DNA from: Octopus vulgaris | Lineage: Eukaryota | Length of the DNA stretch: 64,000 bases | Assembly (NCBI GenBank): GCA_951406725.2 | Contig: OX597816.1 | Span: 182,032,001-182,096,000, forward strand | Direction: 5' to 3' | Shown: one piece after another, positions 26,163 through 39,839 of the stretch | Layout: each line of letters opens with the position of its first letter | Numbering within the stretch: the first letter of the stretch is position 1 | Translations under genes and position numbers: made by a program | The notes under the pieces: generated by a model | The model's input: only the letters and a program-made list of their open reading frames with translations | Databases searched by the model: none | What the model was told of the DNA's origin: nothing

Positions 26163-27638
26163 ATAAAATAATGGGTTAATTGGGTTAAGTTTTATTTGTG
26201 AAATACAGACGTTTTGAATTTGATGCAGTAAGTAGTCTATATTTGTAATGGTATGTGGAGTGGAGGCTCTAAAAATGTGGCCTGGGAGTCAAGTGGGCGG
26301 CAGCCTGAAAATGTTTGGGATCCACTGATATAGTTCATCATCATTTTATGTCTGCTTCCCAAAGTAAACATCCTGTGTTTTTAGCACAACAGTCTCCATA
26401 TTATAAATATTTATATACTAGTATTCGATGACTGGCATCTGTGCTAGTGGTGCACTAAGAGCACCATCCGAGCATGATCATCGCCAGAGCAGCTAACTGG
26501 CTTCCGTGCTGGTGGCACGTAAAAATCACCATTCAAGCGTGATCATAACCAGAGTCACCTTACTGGCACTTGTGTCGATGGCACATGAAAAAACATTCAA
26601 GCAAGGTCATTGCCAGTGCTGCTGGACTGGCTCCTGTGCAGGTGGCATGTAAAAAAAACACCATTTGGGCGTGGCCATTGCCAGTACCGCCTGACTGGCT
26701 CTCGTGCTGGTGGCACGTAAAAGCACCCACTACACTCTCGGAGTGGTTGGTGTTAGGAAGGGCATCCAGCTGTAGAAACTCTGCCAGATCAGATTGGAGC
26801 CTGGTGCAGCCATCTGGTTCGCCAGTCCTCAGTCCAATTGTCCAACCCATGCTAGCATGGAAAGCGGATGTTAAATGATGATGATGATGACTAGTGTGTA
26901 TTTTAACTTTAATTCCTGCTGGATTAGTTCTTGCACAAATCAACAACTGCTTTGGTGACCAATTTCTATATTGGAACAAGCTTTTTTTAAAGCTTAACTT
27001 ACAATGTATGGGGTATTCATCACTGAGAGGATCCAATCAGGTCAAAACATAGTCCACTGGCTTTCTGAGTAAAGCTCTGTGTTTTCAACACTTAATTCTC
27101 CTTCAGAGGTCTCTAAGCCAAAATATTACAGCTAGTGCCATTTGCCATTTCACATTTGTATACACATTATGTGTATATACTTCAATATTTTAATCAAAGG
27201 CTGATTCAAGTGTATATATTAATTTAAAACGTTGCTTTTCTTAGTTGTCTTTATTCATCTCTGTATTGTTAAAATTGTTATTATTAAAAATCATTAATGA
27301 ATTAAAGAATGAATTGTTATGGAACAAACTATAATTACTGTTGATTATTCTGAATTTGAAGGCAACGAACTAACAGAATCATTAGCACTCCAGACAAAAT
27401 GCTTAGCAGCATTTCATCAGAGTTCAAATGCTACCAAGGTCGGCATTTCCTTTCATCCTTTCTGGGTCAATAAAAGAAGGATCATTTGAACTCTGGGGTC
27501 AATGTAATCAACTTACCCACACCCTTAAAATTGCTAGCCTTCTGCCAATATTTGACACCATTAATTCTGAACTTGAAAGAGTTAAATCTATACGATGCTA
27601 TCATTGTGGTATATTCTGATTCTTACTCTGAAATTCAG

Positions 27639-27746
27639 CGAAAGAGAACTATGATACCAACCTTAGAGTTTTGTCAGAATTGACTCAACAACTCAATCAG
27701 TGTGAAACGCAAAAGAAGTTACAAGAATGCACCAAACTGGAGAAAG
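27639..27746 (+). CDS. CCDC122: CCDC122-like coding exon 4 (followed by a GC donor)
   Basis: AAATTCAG|CGAAAG...GAGAAAG|GCAAGT; (A)KENYDTNLRVLSELTQQLNQCETQKKLQECTKLEK; 108 nt, phase 1 to 1. Confidence 0.65.
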
Positions 27747-28738
27747 GCAAGTCATAACATTCTTGCATTTTTCATTTATTTATTTATTTATTTGTATTTT
27801 GTTCTGATGACTGGTGTCATTGGTAACTGTTAAACTTTTCTTTAATAAAACCTCAAATACTGAAATTAACACACTTTTAGTCACCCTCTATAAATGCAGG
27901 AAGAAAGGCATGATCTATTCCTTGTATTATAATCCTTTCTGCTATAGGCACAAGGCCTGAAATTTTGTGGGAGGGAGGTGACTGATAACAGCAACCCCTG
28001 TGCTCAACTGGTTCTTATTTTGTCAACCCCAAAAGCATGAATTTGAACCCAGAACATGAAGATAGACAAAATGCCACTAAGAATTCTGTCCAGCATGTTA
28101 GTGATTTTGCCAACTCACTGCCTTATATTCCTTGTAATATAATGAGAGGGAGATGTAAAAATTGTTTTGAGTTTACTGGCTTATGAAACCAGAGTTTATC
28201 GGGATCTCTAAGATATTTAGTTTGAATGTATGAAACTTCCCTACTAAGCAAGACATCAGTCCATCACAAGTTAATCCATAGGTTAATTGGTACTTATTTT
28301 CAGTTGAGTGTATTTGAGCAATGAGAATTGAAATGCTTTACTAAAAAAAGACTGTGCACTGCCCAGTCCGAGGATTGGACTGACAACCTGACAATCATGA
28401 GCCCAACATCCTAGCCACAAGGCAAGGCTACAGGCCTTCAAAAGGGGGAAGGGCAATTCATAGCCACAATATTTTTCAGGCTGTAGGCTTAGATTGTGAG
28501 GGGACAAGACAATTATATTAGATATTTGTTAAGTTGTCCATGATGGGTCAAATAGGAAGCACATTTGCTACAAAAGAGAGTAGTAAGCATAGAATAGGGA
28601 TAGCTTTGACAGGTTGAAGTACCAGAAGAATCAGGGAAGTAGGTGTTGTGTGACAGGAGAATGTGAAGTGAAACTTTAAAATCTTGTCTTGTAGTATTTT
28701 TCAATCTGATATTTTCTTATTTCTTTTTTACCCATCAG

Positions 28739-28820
28739 ACATTTCAGAACTTTTGAAAATGTGCCAAAATGTACAAATGGCAACGATATTTCAAACCAAA
28801 TTTGTTGCAGATGAAAAAGA
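28739..28820 (+). CDS. CCDC122: CCDC122-like coding exon 5
   Basis: TTTTTTACCCATCAG|ACATTT...AAAAGA|GTAATT; (D)ISELLKMCQNVQMATIFQTKFVADEK; phase 1 to 2. Confidence 0.7.
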
Positions 28821-30002
28821 GTAATTATTTGTTTTGTTTTTATTTGTTTTTCTAATTTCTGCTACTGCTGCTGCTGTAGTTGTTGTTGTTGCTGCTGTTG
28901 CTGTTGTTATCATTGTGCTAGTGCAGTTGTTTCTCCTCCTCCTTTGTCTTCTTCCTCCTCCAGTCAGGACTCACACCATTAGCCACAAACAATTACTATT
29001 CATTTGACTAAAAGTTCTTCACAGTGGTGCTCCAGAATGGCTTCAGTCTAATGACTGAAACAAAAGATAAAAGATAGAAAAAAGTTGGAAAGGTCACATC
29101 TAGAATGCCTTTGTTCATGAGTCTGCTCCATTGAGACTAACCTAGAGCTTAAACAACAACAGTAACAACATTCAATTTTTATATTAAAGTGTTTGTATTC
29201 AAATTAAAACCTTTTGAGCAGTTTATGTTTCAAACACCAGTTTAATTATGTTGAAAGGTAGTTTATTTACTGGATCTGTCCAAGTTTTTTTAATTATTAT
29301 TTTCAAACTGAATTGAAACAAGTGGACAGATAAGCACAAGTGGGGGTGGGCAGCTGAGAAGCTTGTCTCCCAACCATGTGATTTTGGACTCAGTCTCACA
29401 GCATGACATCTTTGGCCAGTGTGTTCTTGTATAACACTGGGCTAATTGAAGCCTTGTGAGCAGAATTAAAGGTAAAAGTAAAACTCCCTTCTCATGTCAT
29501 ACCAATACATAAGGACCATTTTCCAGGTTTCATGGTGTATATGTTCCCCACCTGGATATGGCGCCAGTCCATTGCAGGATTACTCATTTTTACCTGTTGA
29601 GTGTACTGGAGCAACATGAAATGAAGTGTTTTGCTCAAGAGCACAACCTGTCACTCAGTCCAGGAATCAAAACCACAATCTTACAATCATGAGTCCAACA
29701 TCCTAACCACTAAGCCATGCACCTCCACTATTGTGAGCAGAATTGGTAGATGGAAACTGAAAGAAGTCCAATGTAGGTTAGCCATGTAGCTCTCCTGCTC
29801 TTATGTAATGCAAGGTAGTCATGTAACTCTTTTAGAGTATGATTCCTGTGCCTGTCCCTCTGTCATAAAACCACCCACCCACCCACCCACCCTATACCAC
29901 TACAACCCCACTCAGTTGAGGGGGGAGCTTCTTTTTCTTTTGTTTTGCAAGTTATTTGGCAACCTCACTATTGCTGGTGTCACATAAAATATATATATAT
30001 AC

Positions 30003-30058
<56 letters not shown>

Positions 30059-30084
30059 TGATTTCAGTAATGTAATTATGCATG

Positions 30085-30250
30085 TGCTGCTGGTGATTTC
30101 TTTTCTTTCTTTGGACTTTTCCCTTTCTCCTTTCTGATGAAGAGCTATGCTCAAAACATCAAAAACTCTCCCCTTTTACTGGGCATCAAACTAATACATT
30201 CCTCGTGCAGGTCCTCTTGTCTGTTATTGTTAATTTTATTATTCATTTAT
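30085..30250 (+). mobile_element. Solo PLE terminal repeat with decayed hammerhead (30131-30164)
   Basis: TTT-CTGATGA-A-GAGC-TAT-GCTC-AAAACATC-AAAA (GAAACGTC after CpG decay); downstream resembles 3250-3330 and 36960-37040 (-). Confidence 0.6.
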
Positions 30251-30799
30251 CTGAATTGACTGTGTGTGTGTATGTGTGTTAAATAGAATGAAACAACAAA
30301 ACCAAGGCTCTGTGGATATCCCTTCATCAGTGATGGTGTGAGAGAGTTAACTCGAGGGAAATAGCAGAGTTCAATATAAGGAGTTATTTTGGAAAAGGTG
30401 GAAATAAGGAGTATATAGGGAAATAGAATGAAAATAAAAATATATATAGGATGTTACAGTTGCAGTTCCATTATCCGAGGAAAGTGCTGTGTAGAATGGG
30501 AAGAGAGGCTTCTTGTCCATGGTATGTAGATTCTGATAGGAATTCATATTTTGTTATTACAAGCAGACAGTGTGAAGACATAAATTCCATGTGCTGTTCA
30601 TTCAAAGGGGTCTTGTGATGTGAATGAAATATCGAGAATGTACTGGTAGTGGTAAGTAGATGGGGAATGGGAAGTAAGCATGGTGCATGAAGTGGAGATG
30701 CAAGGAAGAGAAGAGATGTAGTTTGGTTTGTTGTGGTAGAGTGTGTGAGAAGTTTTCCTGTTAAGTGTGGGTGGGACACCTAGCGCTTCTAGAACTCAG

Positions 30800-31127
30800 T
30801 TTCACTGACATGGCTGGGTCTTCTCAAGAACCTCATATAGCCAAACATCACAATCAATTGTCATTTCCTCAATGAGGCACAACATCCTCAGAGCGGTCCT
30901 TACCACTTCATCCCACATCTTTCTGGGTCCCCCTCTTCCGTGGGTACCATCCACTTTCAGTGGTTGGTACTTCTTTATGCAGCTGTCCTCGTTCATATGC
31001 ATCACATATACAAACCAACATAGTCTTCTCTCTTGCATGCTACATTTGATTCCTCTCATGCCCAACTTTTCTCTCAATACATTTACAGTTTGTCATATAT
31101 GCGGACTGATGTTGCACATCCAACAGA

Positions 31128-31165
<38 letters not shown>

Positions 31166-31445
31166 GCTCTGAATGCAGAAGACATGCATAGACTGGAGAG
31201 AAATGAAGGTAGTATGCTCTGTTGGATGTGCAACATCAGTCCGCATATATGACAAACTGTAAATGTATTGAGAGAAAAGTTGGGCATGAGAGGAATCAAA
31301 TGTAGCATGCAAGAGAGAAGACTACGTTGGTTTGTATATGTGATGCATATGAACGAGGACAGCTGCATAAAGAAGTACCAACCACTGAAAGTGGATGGTA
31401 CCCACGGAAGAGGGGGACCCAGAAAGATGTGGGATGAAGTGGTAA
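30800..31445. mobile_element. Decayed RTE fragment with near-identical inverted duplication (30900-31132 / 31213-31445) around (TA)n
   Basis: ORFs 30802-31077 (-) and 31268-31465 (+) give the same peptide, REKLGMRGIKCSMQERRL...GRGGPRKMWDEVV. Confidence 0.9.
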
Positions 31446-34400
31446 TGGAAAGCCTACTATTATAACTATAATATATCTAATCTTAATGATAGTATGAATG
31501 ATAATTTTACTTCTAATTTTAAATACAAAAATGAACCCCCATTTAATAGAGAATTACAAATACTAGAAGATAATATTTGGAAGGTGGTGAAAAACATTAA
31601 ATTTCATAAATAACCAAACAGAAATAATGAATATTTAAGAAATTTAGCAATTAGAATTAAAGAAATGAGAAATATGGATGGTACAATCAGATAAAACTAG
31701 GAATCTCTATAAATTGGATGTTAAATTATATCATAACCTTTTAGAGAAAGAAATAATTAAAAAATATAAAATTGTTCCAGATAGTAAACTTTATAATATT
31801 AATAAGGCCTCTAAATTAGTAATGATAAACTATGAATTGGATAATGAAACTGAACCTTATGTACCTATGCACCCTAGAATTACTCTGAAAGACCATAAAG
31901 ATAATTTTTATTCAGACCCTAAAGTTAGATTAATTTGTCCATGTAAATCTGACCTTGGTAAATTGAGTAAACTTATTTTAGATAAATATATTAATAAATT
32001 AAATAAACTTAATTACTTAAAATTATGGTTTAGTATTGATAATACTTTGAATTGGTTTAATAATATTAAAGATAAAAATCGATATAAATTTATTCAAATA
32101 GATATAGATAATTCTTCTATTAATGAAATTTTGTTTAATAAGGCCATTATTTTTGCAATGAATAAAGTGGGAATGACATTTGAAGAAGTTAATGTAATTA
32201 AAATGGCTAGGAAATCGTTTATTAAATATAAAAATAAATTATGGGCTAGGAAAGATACTAGGGACTTTTTTGATATACCTATGGGAGCACCTGATTCTGC
32301 ACAAGCTACGGATTTAGTAGGTATTTATCTTTTATCTGAACTCCAATTAGAAAATTTAAAAATAGAGGGTGGTTTATATAGGGATGACCTTCTACTAATT
32401 ACTAAGAATTGCACTAAAGGAACCTAGAAGTATATAAGAAAAAACTTTATAGTTTCTTTAAAAGATATGGTTTAAGTATTACTATATATAATGAGAATTT
32501 TAATGTTAATTATTTAGATGTTAATTTTAATCTAATTACAGGTAAAACACAACCATATCATAAACTTAATGAGAACCTTAGATATATAAATGTTAATAGT
32601 AATCACCCACCATCAATTAAAAAATCGTTGATTAATAATATAAGTAAACGTATATCATTACTTTCTTATGATTTAGAGATTTTTAATAAACATGCTCCTT
32701 ATTACAATGAGGCCCTTAGAGAGGCAGGTTATAATAGTAATATTAAATTTTTTATTAAAAATAAAGATATAACTAAAAATATTAGAGATAAAAATATTAA
32801 TAATAATTATAATAATTTTGTTAGTAATAGTGGTAATAATATTATAAAAATAAAAATAATATAAATAAAAATAAGAATAAAAATAAAAATAAAATTAATA
32901 ACTTTAATTATTCTTTAAATGTTAATTATAAATTTAAATCTAATAATAATAATAATAATATGATAAAGAAATATAATAATAATAATGGTAACAATAATAA
33001 TGACAGTTTTAATAATAAGAAGACGGAAAATAAGAATAAAATTTGGTTAATAGTTCCTTATGGTGCTCAAGTTAAAACGAACATTATTAAAGAGATTTTA
33101 GATATTATTGAACTATTTATTCGAGATAATCGTAAATATAAAAACATTTTCTCTAGTAATAATTTTGGAGTAGGTTATTCCACCACTAATAGTGTAGGTA
33201 ACATTATTTCTTCTTTTAGCAAATTTAAAGTGAATAATTTTTATAAAAATAAATTATATAATAATACCAATAATAAAGATAAGACACTAATTAACTGTAC
33301 ATGTAGAGATAAAACTAAATGTAAATTAAATAATAAATGTGATATTAGAGATGCAGTGTATAAATGTATAGTTACATTACATGATGAGAATAATAATAAT
33401 AATAATGATAATAATAATAATAATAATGATAATAATAATAACTCAAACTTGATATATATAGGGTCCACTTCCTCTAAAATAAAATTAAGAATCGCACAAC
33501 ATATGAATTCATTTAAAAATAAAAACTTAATTAACTCCACTGGACTTAGCAAGTACATTTGGGGACTTAAATCCCAAAATATTAATTATAATTTATCTTG
33601 GGAAATAATTAGTAAAATTAAATCATATGGTATAGGAGCGAATTTTTGTTATTTATGTTCAAATGAGTTTAAGGAAATTTTATTTTATAAGCATGATAAT
33701 TTAGTGAATACCTGTGATGAGCGCAAAATAAAATGCAGACACAAGTTACTTTACTTATATAATAAATTTCTTGATAAATAATGAATATTTCTTAACCTTA
33801 ATTAGCTCCCTATTTGTTGTTTTATGTAATAGTATTCTAAATATAGTAGGTGATTTGCAGTACTTATATTAGTTTATTTTAGTTATTTAGGTTCTGTTTT
33901 TAATTATAGTTGGATTATATATAGTTGTTCATTTTATTACTAAATATTTTATTACTAAATATATTTTTAATAAATATTTAATGGTTTATTGAATATAGAG
34001 TCTGGTAAGTTACAATTTTATTTATTTTATATATTTAGTTATATTTCTGTTATAACTTCGTTAAATTATAATTTTTGTTATATTAATCTATTTGTATGTA
34101 ATCTCTTTATATATTTGAAATAGATTTATTTAGTTGTTTATTTAATCTATTTTATTTAATATAGAAGTATAGATTAGTAGATTAATTATTTAGATTTAAC
34201 TTAATATTTACCTCTATTTTGTATTGTAGTATGAATATAGACATTTATATATGTATTTATTATATGATATATGTGGTTGTGTGTGTATGTATATATGTGT
34301 ATATGATGATGTGTGTGTATATATATGTATATGTATATACATTTATTTATGTGTATGTGTGTGGGTGGGTGTATATAGGTGTAAGTGTATATATTGAGTA

Positions 34401-35469
34401 TTGTATGTATGTACATGTATGTATTAGTGTGCATATGTGTTTGTGTGTGTATATATGTGTGTATATATGTATATGTGTGTATGTATGTGTATATGTATAT
34501 GTATGTATGTCTGGCACCTGTGCGGGTGGCACGTAAAAAGCACCCACTACACTCACGGAGTGGTTGGCGTTAGGAAGGGCATCCAGCCGTAGAAACACTG
34601 CCAGATCTGACTAGGCCTGATGAAGCCTTCCAGCTTCACAGACCCCAGTTGAACCGTCCAACCCATGCTAGCATGGAAAACGGACGCTAAACGATGATGA
34701 TGATGATGATATATATATGTATATGTAAGTATATTTTTTTGATATATTTATGTATACGTATGTATAGTTATACTACAAATTTTGATAAGTATTTATAGAT
34801 TTGGTTATGATCACTAATTTTAGCTTATAATTATAAGGGCATGGGAAAGACTTTATAGTATGTTGAGGGGTTACTATATAAATAATTTTTATATATTTAT
34901 TAATCTTATAAGATTTTTAGAATATATTTAATAATTAGTGGTTTTTAATCATTTAAATCATTTAATTTATTTTGTATTAAGTATTATTTATCATAATTAT
35001 TTTATTAATAAATATTATAGTATAGAGAGATTTTATTCTTTATTTGTGACTTCATTCTATTTACAATGATAAACAAATAATTTTCCCATTCACAATCTCA
35101 TTAATAAAACGTAGTTTCCTTACGCGTAATGAATTCTTCAACAATTTTTTTTTTTTTTTTGCTAATAACATAATTCCACGAGTATTCTTAATAAACGCTG
35201 TAAAGACGTTTTCCGATTCAAAATTTTAGTTCATTGCTAAACGTCGCTAAGATAAATATTTCAATTACCTGAAGATTGACTGTAACCATAACTCGAATTA
35301 TTACGAATTGGACAGCCATGAAACGATCGTAGTGTTTTACTCGTTATCTTTTATTAAACTTTTAATACTTTTGATATATATTTAAAATAATATAGATTAA
35401 TTAATTTTATGTATTGGCTTAAATTTTTCATTGTTTGATTTGCCTAATAGTGGTTTTATCTCTAATTTA

Positions 35470-35475
<6 letters not shown>
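31446..35475 (+). mobile_element. Penelope-like retroelement, Hydra-like clade, near complete but frameshifted (RT + GIY-YIG, long AT-rich 3' region, hammerhead)
   Basis: RT: ITLKDHKDNF..PKVRLICPCKSDLG, FIQIDID, PMGAPDSAQ, GLYRDD, YLDV, SNHPP. Endonuclease: CTCR..C..C, AVYKC...IYIGST, RIAQH, CYLC..E. ORFs 31678-32427, 32628-32864 and 32960-33781. Confidence 0.9.
35263..35337 (+). ncRNA. Type I hammerhead ribozyme in the PLE 3' terminal repeat
   Basis: AATTAC-CTGAAGA-TTGACTGT(loop)ACAGCCAT-GAA-ACGATCGT-A-GTGTTT. Palindromic stem III; predicted cleavage after A35331; stems I and II imperfect. Confidence 0.75.
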
Positions 35476-35553
<78 letters not shown>

Positions 35554-35639
35554 CATATATATATACATATATATATAAATACATATATATATATATATAT
35601 ATATACATACATATATATATATATATACACATATATATA

Positions 35640-36319
35640 TAAAGGGAAAGTTTACGAAAAACAACAAAAGACGAAAACAGGTGGTGTACAAAACAAACAG
35701 ATCGTTGGAGTGAAAACAGCTCAGGAATAGAAAAAGTTTTTTACAATTCAAGCCTACGCTCTTCTACAGAAAGGTTCACAGAAAATACAAGGAGAGAAAA
35801 AAAATGTGTGTAGTGGCTAACGATCTATCATGGCGTCTGACTCGGACAGAATGGTCAGACGGGAGGAGGAAAGTAGGGGAGATAACAAGGTAAGGTGAGC
35901 CCCAACACAAAGATGTGTGTCTGTATAAGAGAGTATGTATGTGCATGTGAAAGAGGGCTGGTGGTCTGGACGTGTGTGTGTATGTATGTGTAGGTGTGAA
36001 GATGTGGGGATGGGAGTGTGGGTGGTGTGTTGTGATGTGATGTGTAATGTTGTATGGTGTAGTGTGGTGTGGTGTGATGTTGTGGGGAGGTGGGGAAAGC
36101 ATGGGTAGGGTGTGGGTTCGGCTGGGGGTTGGGGTAGAGTGAGGTTGTGGGTAGGCAGAGGGTGGGGTTAGAGGTGAGGGAGCGGTGTGGGATGGGAAGG
36201 ATAGGGAAGGTGGAGTAGGGGTGGGTGGGTTTATGGGGGAAGGGAAGGTGGGTATGTGAGGAGAGAGAGTAAGAGAGGGTAAGAGAGAAAGAGTAGGAGA
36301 GAAGAGAGAAAGAGGGAAG

Positions 36320-36325
<6 letters not shown>
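35640..36325 (-). mobile_element. PLE 3' UTR/terminal repeat, same family as 2870-3340; decayed hammerhead at 35738-35774
   Basis: Minus strand CCTTTCTGTAGAAGAGCGTAGGCTTGAATTGTAAAA versus CCTTTCTGTTCAAGAGTGTAGGCTCGAAACATAAAAG at 3211; flanked by (TA)n. Confidence 0.7.
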
Positions 36326-36350
<25 letters not shown>

Positions 36351-36885
36351 CCAATTAAGGTCGGAACACGAAAAAGTGGACAGTCAACATGCTAGATATA
36401 GACGTCAAATCGCCATTCTCCACAAAGATTATGTTCTCAAATAAAATAAAATTCAGCACGACCCAAAGCAATAAATAAGACAAAAGAAATATACGAAATG
36501 GAATCGATAAATTGACTGCTGCTAATTATTAGCTGCAGGCTGGTTTTTCGAGTCTCAGCGCGCCAAAAGTAAAGGCATTTGAAAGATACATTTGAACTTA
36601 ATCGGTTGTACTTTTTGCATACAAGACTCCGGTATCGTTTTTCATCTAGTACAGCAAATTATTTTCATAACAAACTGTGCTGACGAAGTTACAGATATCC
36701 TTGTGATATTAATAACTGAAACCGTTCGGTACACAGGTAATTATTCCATTTCGTATATTTCTTTTGTCTTATCTATTGCTTTGGGTCGTGCTGAATTTTA
36801 TTTTATTTGAGAACATAATCTTTGTGGAGAATGGCGATTTGACTAGCATGTTGACTGTCCACTTTTTCGTGTTCAGTCCTTAATT

Positions 36886-36887
<2 letters not shown>
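36351..36887 (+). mobile_element. Non-coding element with about 150-bp inverted termini and an internal hammerhead
   Basis: 36351-36504 is the reverse complement of 36743-36887 (one small indel); both ends abut (TA)n. Confidence 0.85.
36675..36736 (+). ncRNA. Type I hammerhead ribozyme, consensus core
   Basis: CTGTG-CTGACGA-AGTTA(loop)TAACT-GAA-ACC-GTTC-GGT-A-CACAG. All three stems pair perfectly; predicted cleavage after A36731. Confidence 0.9.
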
Positions 36888-36938
<51 letters not shown>

Positions 36939-37044
36939 ATATACATATATATAGTTAATCCAAACAAGAAAGCACAAAAAAAACACAACAACGCGAGGAC
37001 GTGGAACAAATATGGTATTATTGGACGCTCAGGAAAGAAGGAGG

Positions 37045-37079
37045 CTTTAACGTTTCGAGCAGAGCTCTTCGTCGGAAAC
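37045..37079 (-). ncRNA. Variant minimal hammerhead (CCGACGA core) in a solo PLE terminal repeat (about 36950-37155)
   Basis: Minus strand GTTT-CCGACGA-A-GAGC-TCT-GCTC-GAA-ACGT-T-AAAG. Confidence 0.65.
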
Positions 37080-37214
37080 ATAGGAGAAGGAAAGATCCAG
37101 AGAAGGGAAAACAGAGGGAAAAAAATCGCCAACGGTACACACGCGGTCACATTTTATATATATATATATATATATGTATATACATATATACATATATACA
37201 TACATATATGCATT

Positions 37215-37273
<59 letters not shown>

Positions 37274-37279
37274 TTAGAA

Positions 37280-38768
37280 TAACTTAGAAAGGTTTTGGCC
37301 AGTATTGGCCCAGGCCATGTCTAACTTAATAGCACCACCTGGTGAAGTCTTTCAATTCAGGATTTGGGCACCAAGGCCCATTCGAGCAGAGAGTTATTGT
37401 TTGCGGAGACATATCCAGGTGTGGGTGGTTTGTCTGGGACTGTTTGAAGGAATTTGTCCAAAATCTTCTTGAATTTTGTGTGGTCAGTTTCTGTTTTGAC
37501 GTGTCTTGGTGTAATGTTGAAGAGGGCGGGTCCAATTGAGGTGAAATAATTGTGCCGCAATGTTGTTATAAGATGCGATTGAGGTTTTTGTTGTGGACGG
37601 ATGGCACAGGGTCCAAGTCTTGGATGTATTTTGAAGGTGATACCAACATCATTCGGACAGTGCTGATGGAATATTTTCCACATCATACAGATAATGTAGC
37701 GTTCACGGCGTTGTTGGAGTGAATACAGTTTCAGCTTTTCCAGTTGATCCCAGTAGTCGAGGTCTGACACGCCATCTATCTTTATTGTGATTGGCCTTTG
37801 AGGAGCTTCAATTCTCATAATATTTTGTTTCGTGTAGGGAGACCACAATGGGCAGCAGTATTCAAGGTGGGGTCGGGCAAAAGTGGAGAAGAGAAAGATA
37901 ATAGCGTGGGAATCTCGCGACTGGAAGGTTCTGAGAATCCAGGAACACATTCTGCGGGCCATGTCAACTTTGCTGCTTATATGTGTAGCCCAGCTTATGT
38001 TGTTGTCCACAGTTACTCCCAAGTCTCTGATGTTGTTAGACGCCATGAGAGTTTCACCAGAAGGAAGAGAGTATGGGAGTTTCAGAGCGTCCTCCCTTCC
38101 AAAGTGGATCAATTCGAATTTGTCTTCGTTTAGCAACATGTTGTTCTTTTCTGCCCATTGGACAACAGCCAGTAGGTCTGACTGAAGGTTTATCCGGTCA
38201 TCCATGCCATTGATGACCTTCTGGAGCTTGGAATCATCAGCAAAGATTCTGATGTTACTGTGTTTGATGATGTCAGTGATGTCATTAATGTAGATGATGA
38301 AGAGAAGTGGGCCCAACACAGTACCTTGTGGGACACCACTACTGACTTTGGCTGGGCTGGATTTGACTCCTTCGACTACAACATGTTGGGTTCTGTTAGA
38401 CAGGAAGCACTTGATCTACTGCAGTAGCTTCAATATTGACAGCTTTCTTAAAAGGATCTTATGATCAACCCTGTCAAAGGCCTTGCTGAAATCAAGGTAG
38501 ATAACATCAGTGTTGGAACCCTCTCCCAAGGCTCTCAAAATGTCATCGAAGTGATGCAGTAGCTGCGTCAGGCAATCCCTTCCATTACGGAATCCATGCT
38601 GGTTGGAGTTCAGCATATTATGACTCTCAAAGAAGTGAGTCATACGCGATCTCACCACTCTCTCAAGTACCTTAATGATGTGAGAGGTGAGTGAGATTGG
38701 GCGGTAATTCACGGCAAGCGATTTGTTTCCTTTTTTGAAAAATTGGACAACAGACTGGGATAGAAGGT
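37280..38768 (-). mobile_element. 5'-truncated APE-RT LINE, same family as 56005-60645
   Basis: [29 protein letters not shown] and YSLQQRRERY in ORFs 38416-39069 and 37357-38319; small deletion and stop near 38416. Confidence 0.93.
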
Positions 38769-38809
38769 TATATATATATGTATATACATATATATATATA
38801 TGTATATAC

Positions 38810-38883
<74 letters not shown>

Positions 38884-38921
38884 GTATATATACATATATA
38901 TATATGTATATACATATATAC

Positions 38922-38982
<61 letters not shown>

Positions 38983-39029
38983 TGTATATATATATGTATA
39001 TATATATATGTATGTTTTTTTGGTTTTTT

Positions 39030-39582
39030 TCTCTGGTTTCAGTTCAGAGCTGCGGCCATGCTGATGCACCGCCGTTTTGTGCTACACTGTTATTGCGAAG
39101 AACCTCGTCTAATATGTGGCACTTGGTGAAGAATGGAGTTTGATATAGCTACTCTCATTTGCACCTCTTGCCGTGAGGTAGGTTCATCTGGGACTCTCGA
39201 CAGGAAGCTTTGATTTAAAAACCGCTACATCTACTTTGTGCAAGTTCCTCAGACTCTTTGGGAGAATTTTAAAAAGCTGTGGGCCCTTGAAACCCAGGCT
39301 GTTGCAGAAGCTGGTCCTGAAGTGTGATGGCATTGCTGAGATCTTTGGCACTATACAGTGTCGTCCCGTTCTAGCATTGGTGTAGCTTACAATGCCAAAA
39401 TTTGGCACAATTCCTTCCAGGATCTTCCAGACATATATTACTGCATACCTCTCCCGTCTTCTCTCCAGGGAGTAGAGTCTTAGCTGTTTCAACCTTTCCC
39501 AGTAGCTGAGCTGTTGCAAAGAGACGATCTTCTTTGTAAATCTTCTCTGGATTGCTTCAAGGTCCACTGTTAATTTTACACT
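39030..39582 (-). mobile_element. LINE 3' fragment related to 49203-52550
   Basis: [12 protein letters not shown]...YWERLKQLRLYSLERRRERYAVIYVWKILEG. Confidence 0.9.
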
Positions 39583-39698
39583 TATGTATACATATATGTA
39601 TATATATATATGTTTATATATATATATATATGTTTATATATATATGTTTATGTATATATATGTATATGTATATATATATGTATATGTGTATATATATG

Positions 39699-39757
<59 letters not shown>

Positions 39758-39839
39758 GTATATATATATGTATATATATATATGTATATATATATATGTA
39801 TATATATATATGTATATGTATATATATGTATACATATCT

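Noticed and set aside
31678-33781. Organellar or microbial insertion suggested by the extreme AT content and GIY-YIG domain
   Set aside because: PLE-type RT motifs, a C-terminal GIY-YIG and a terminal hammerhead identify a Penelope-like retroelement.
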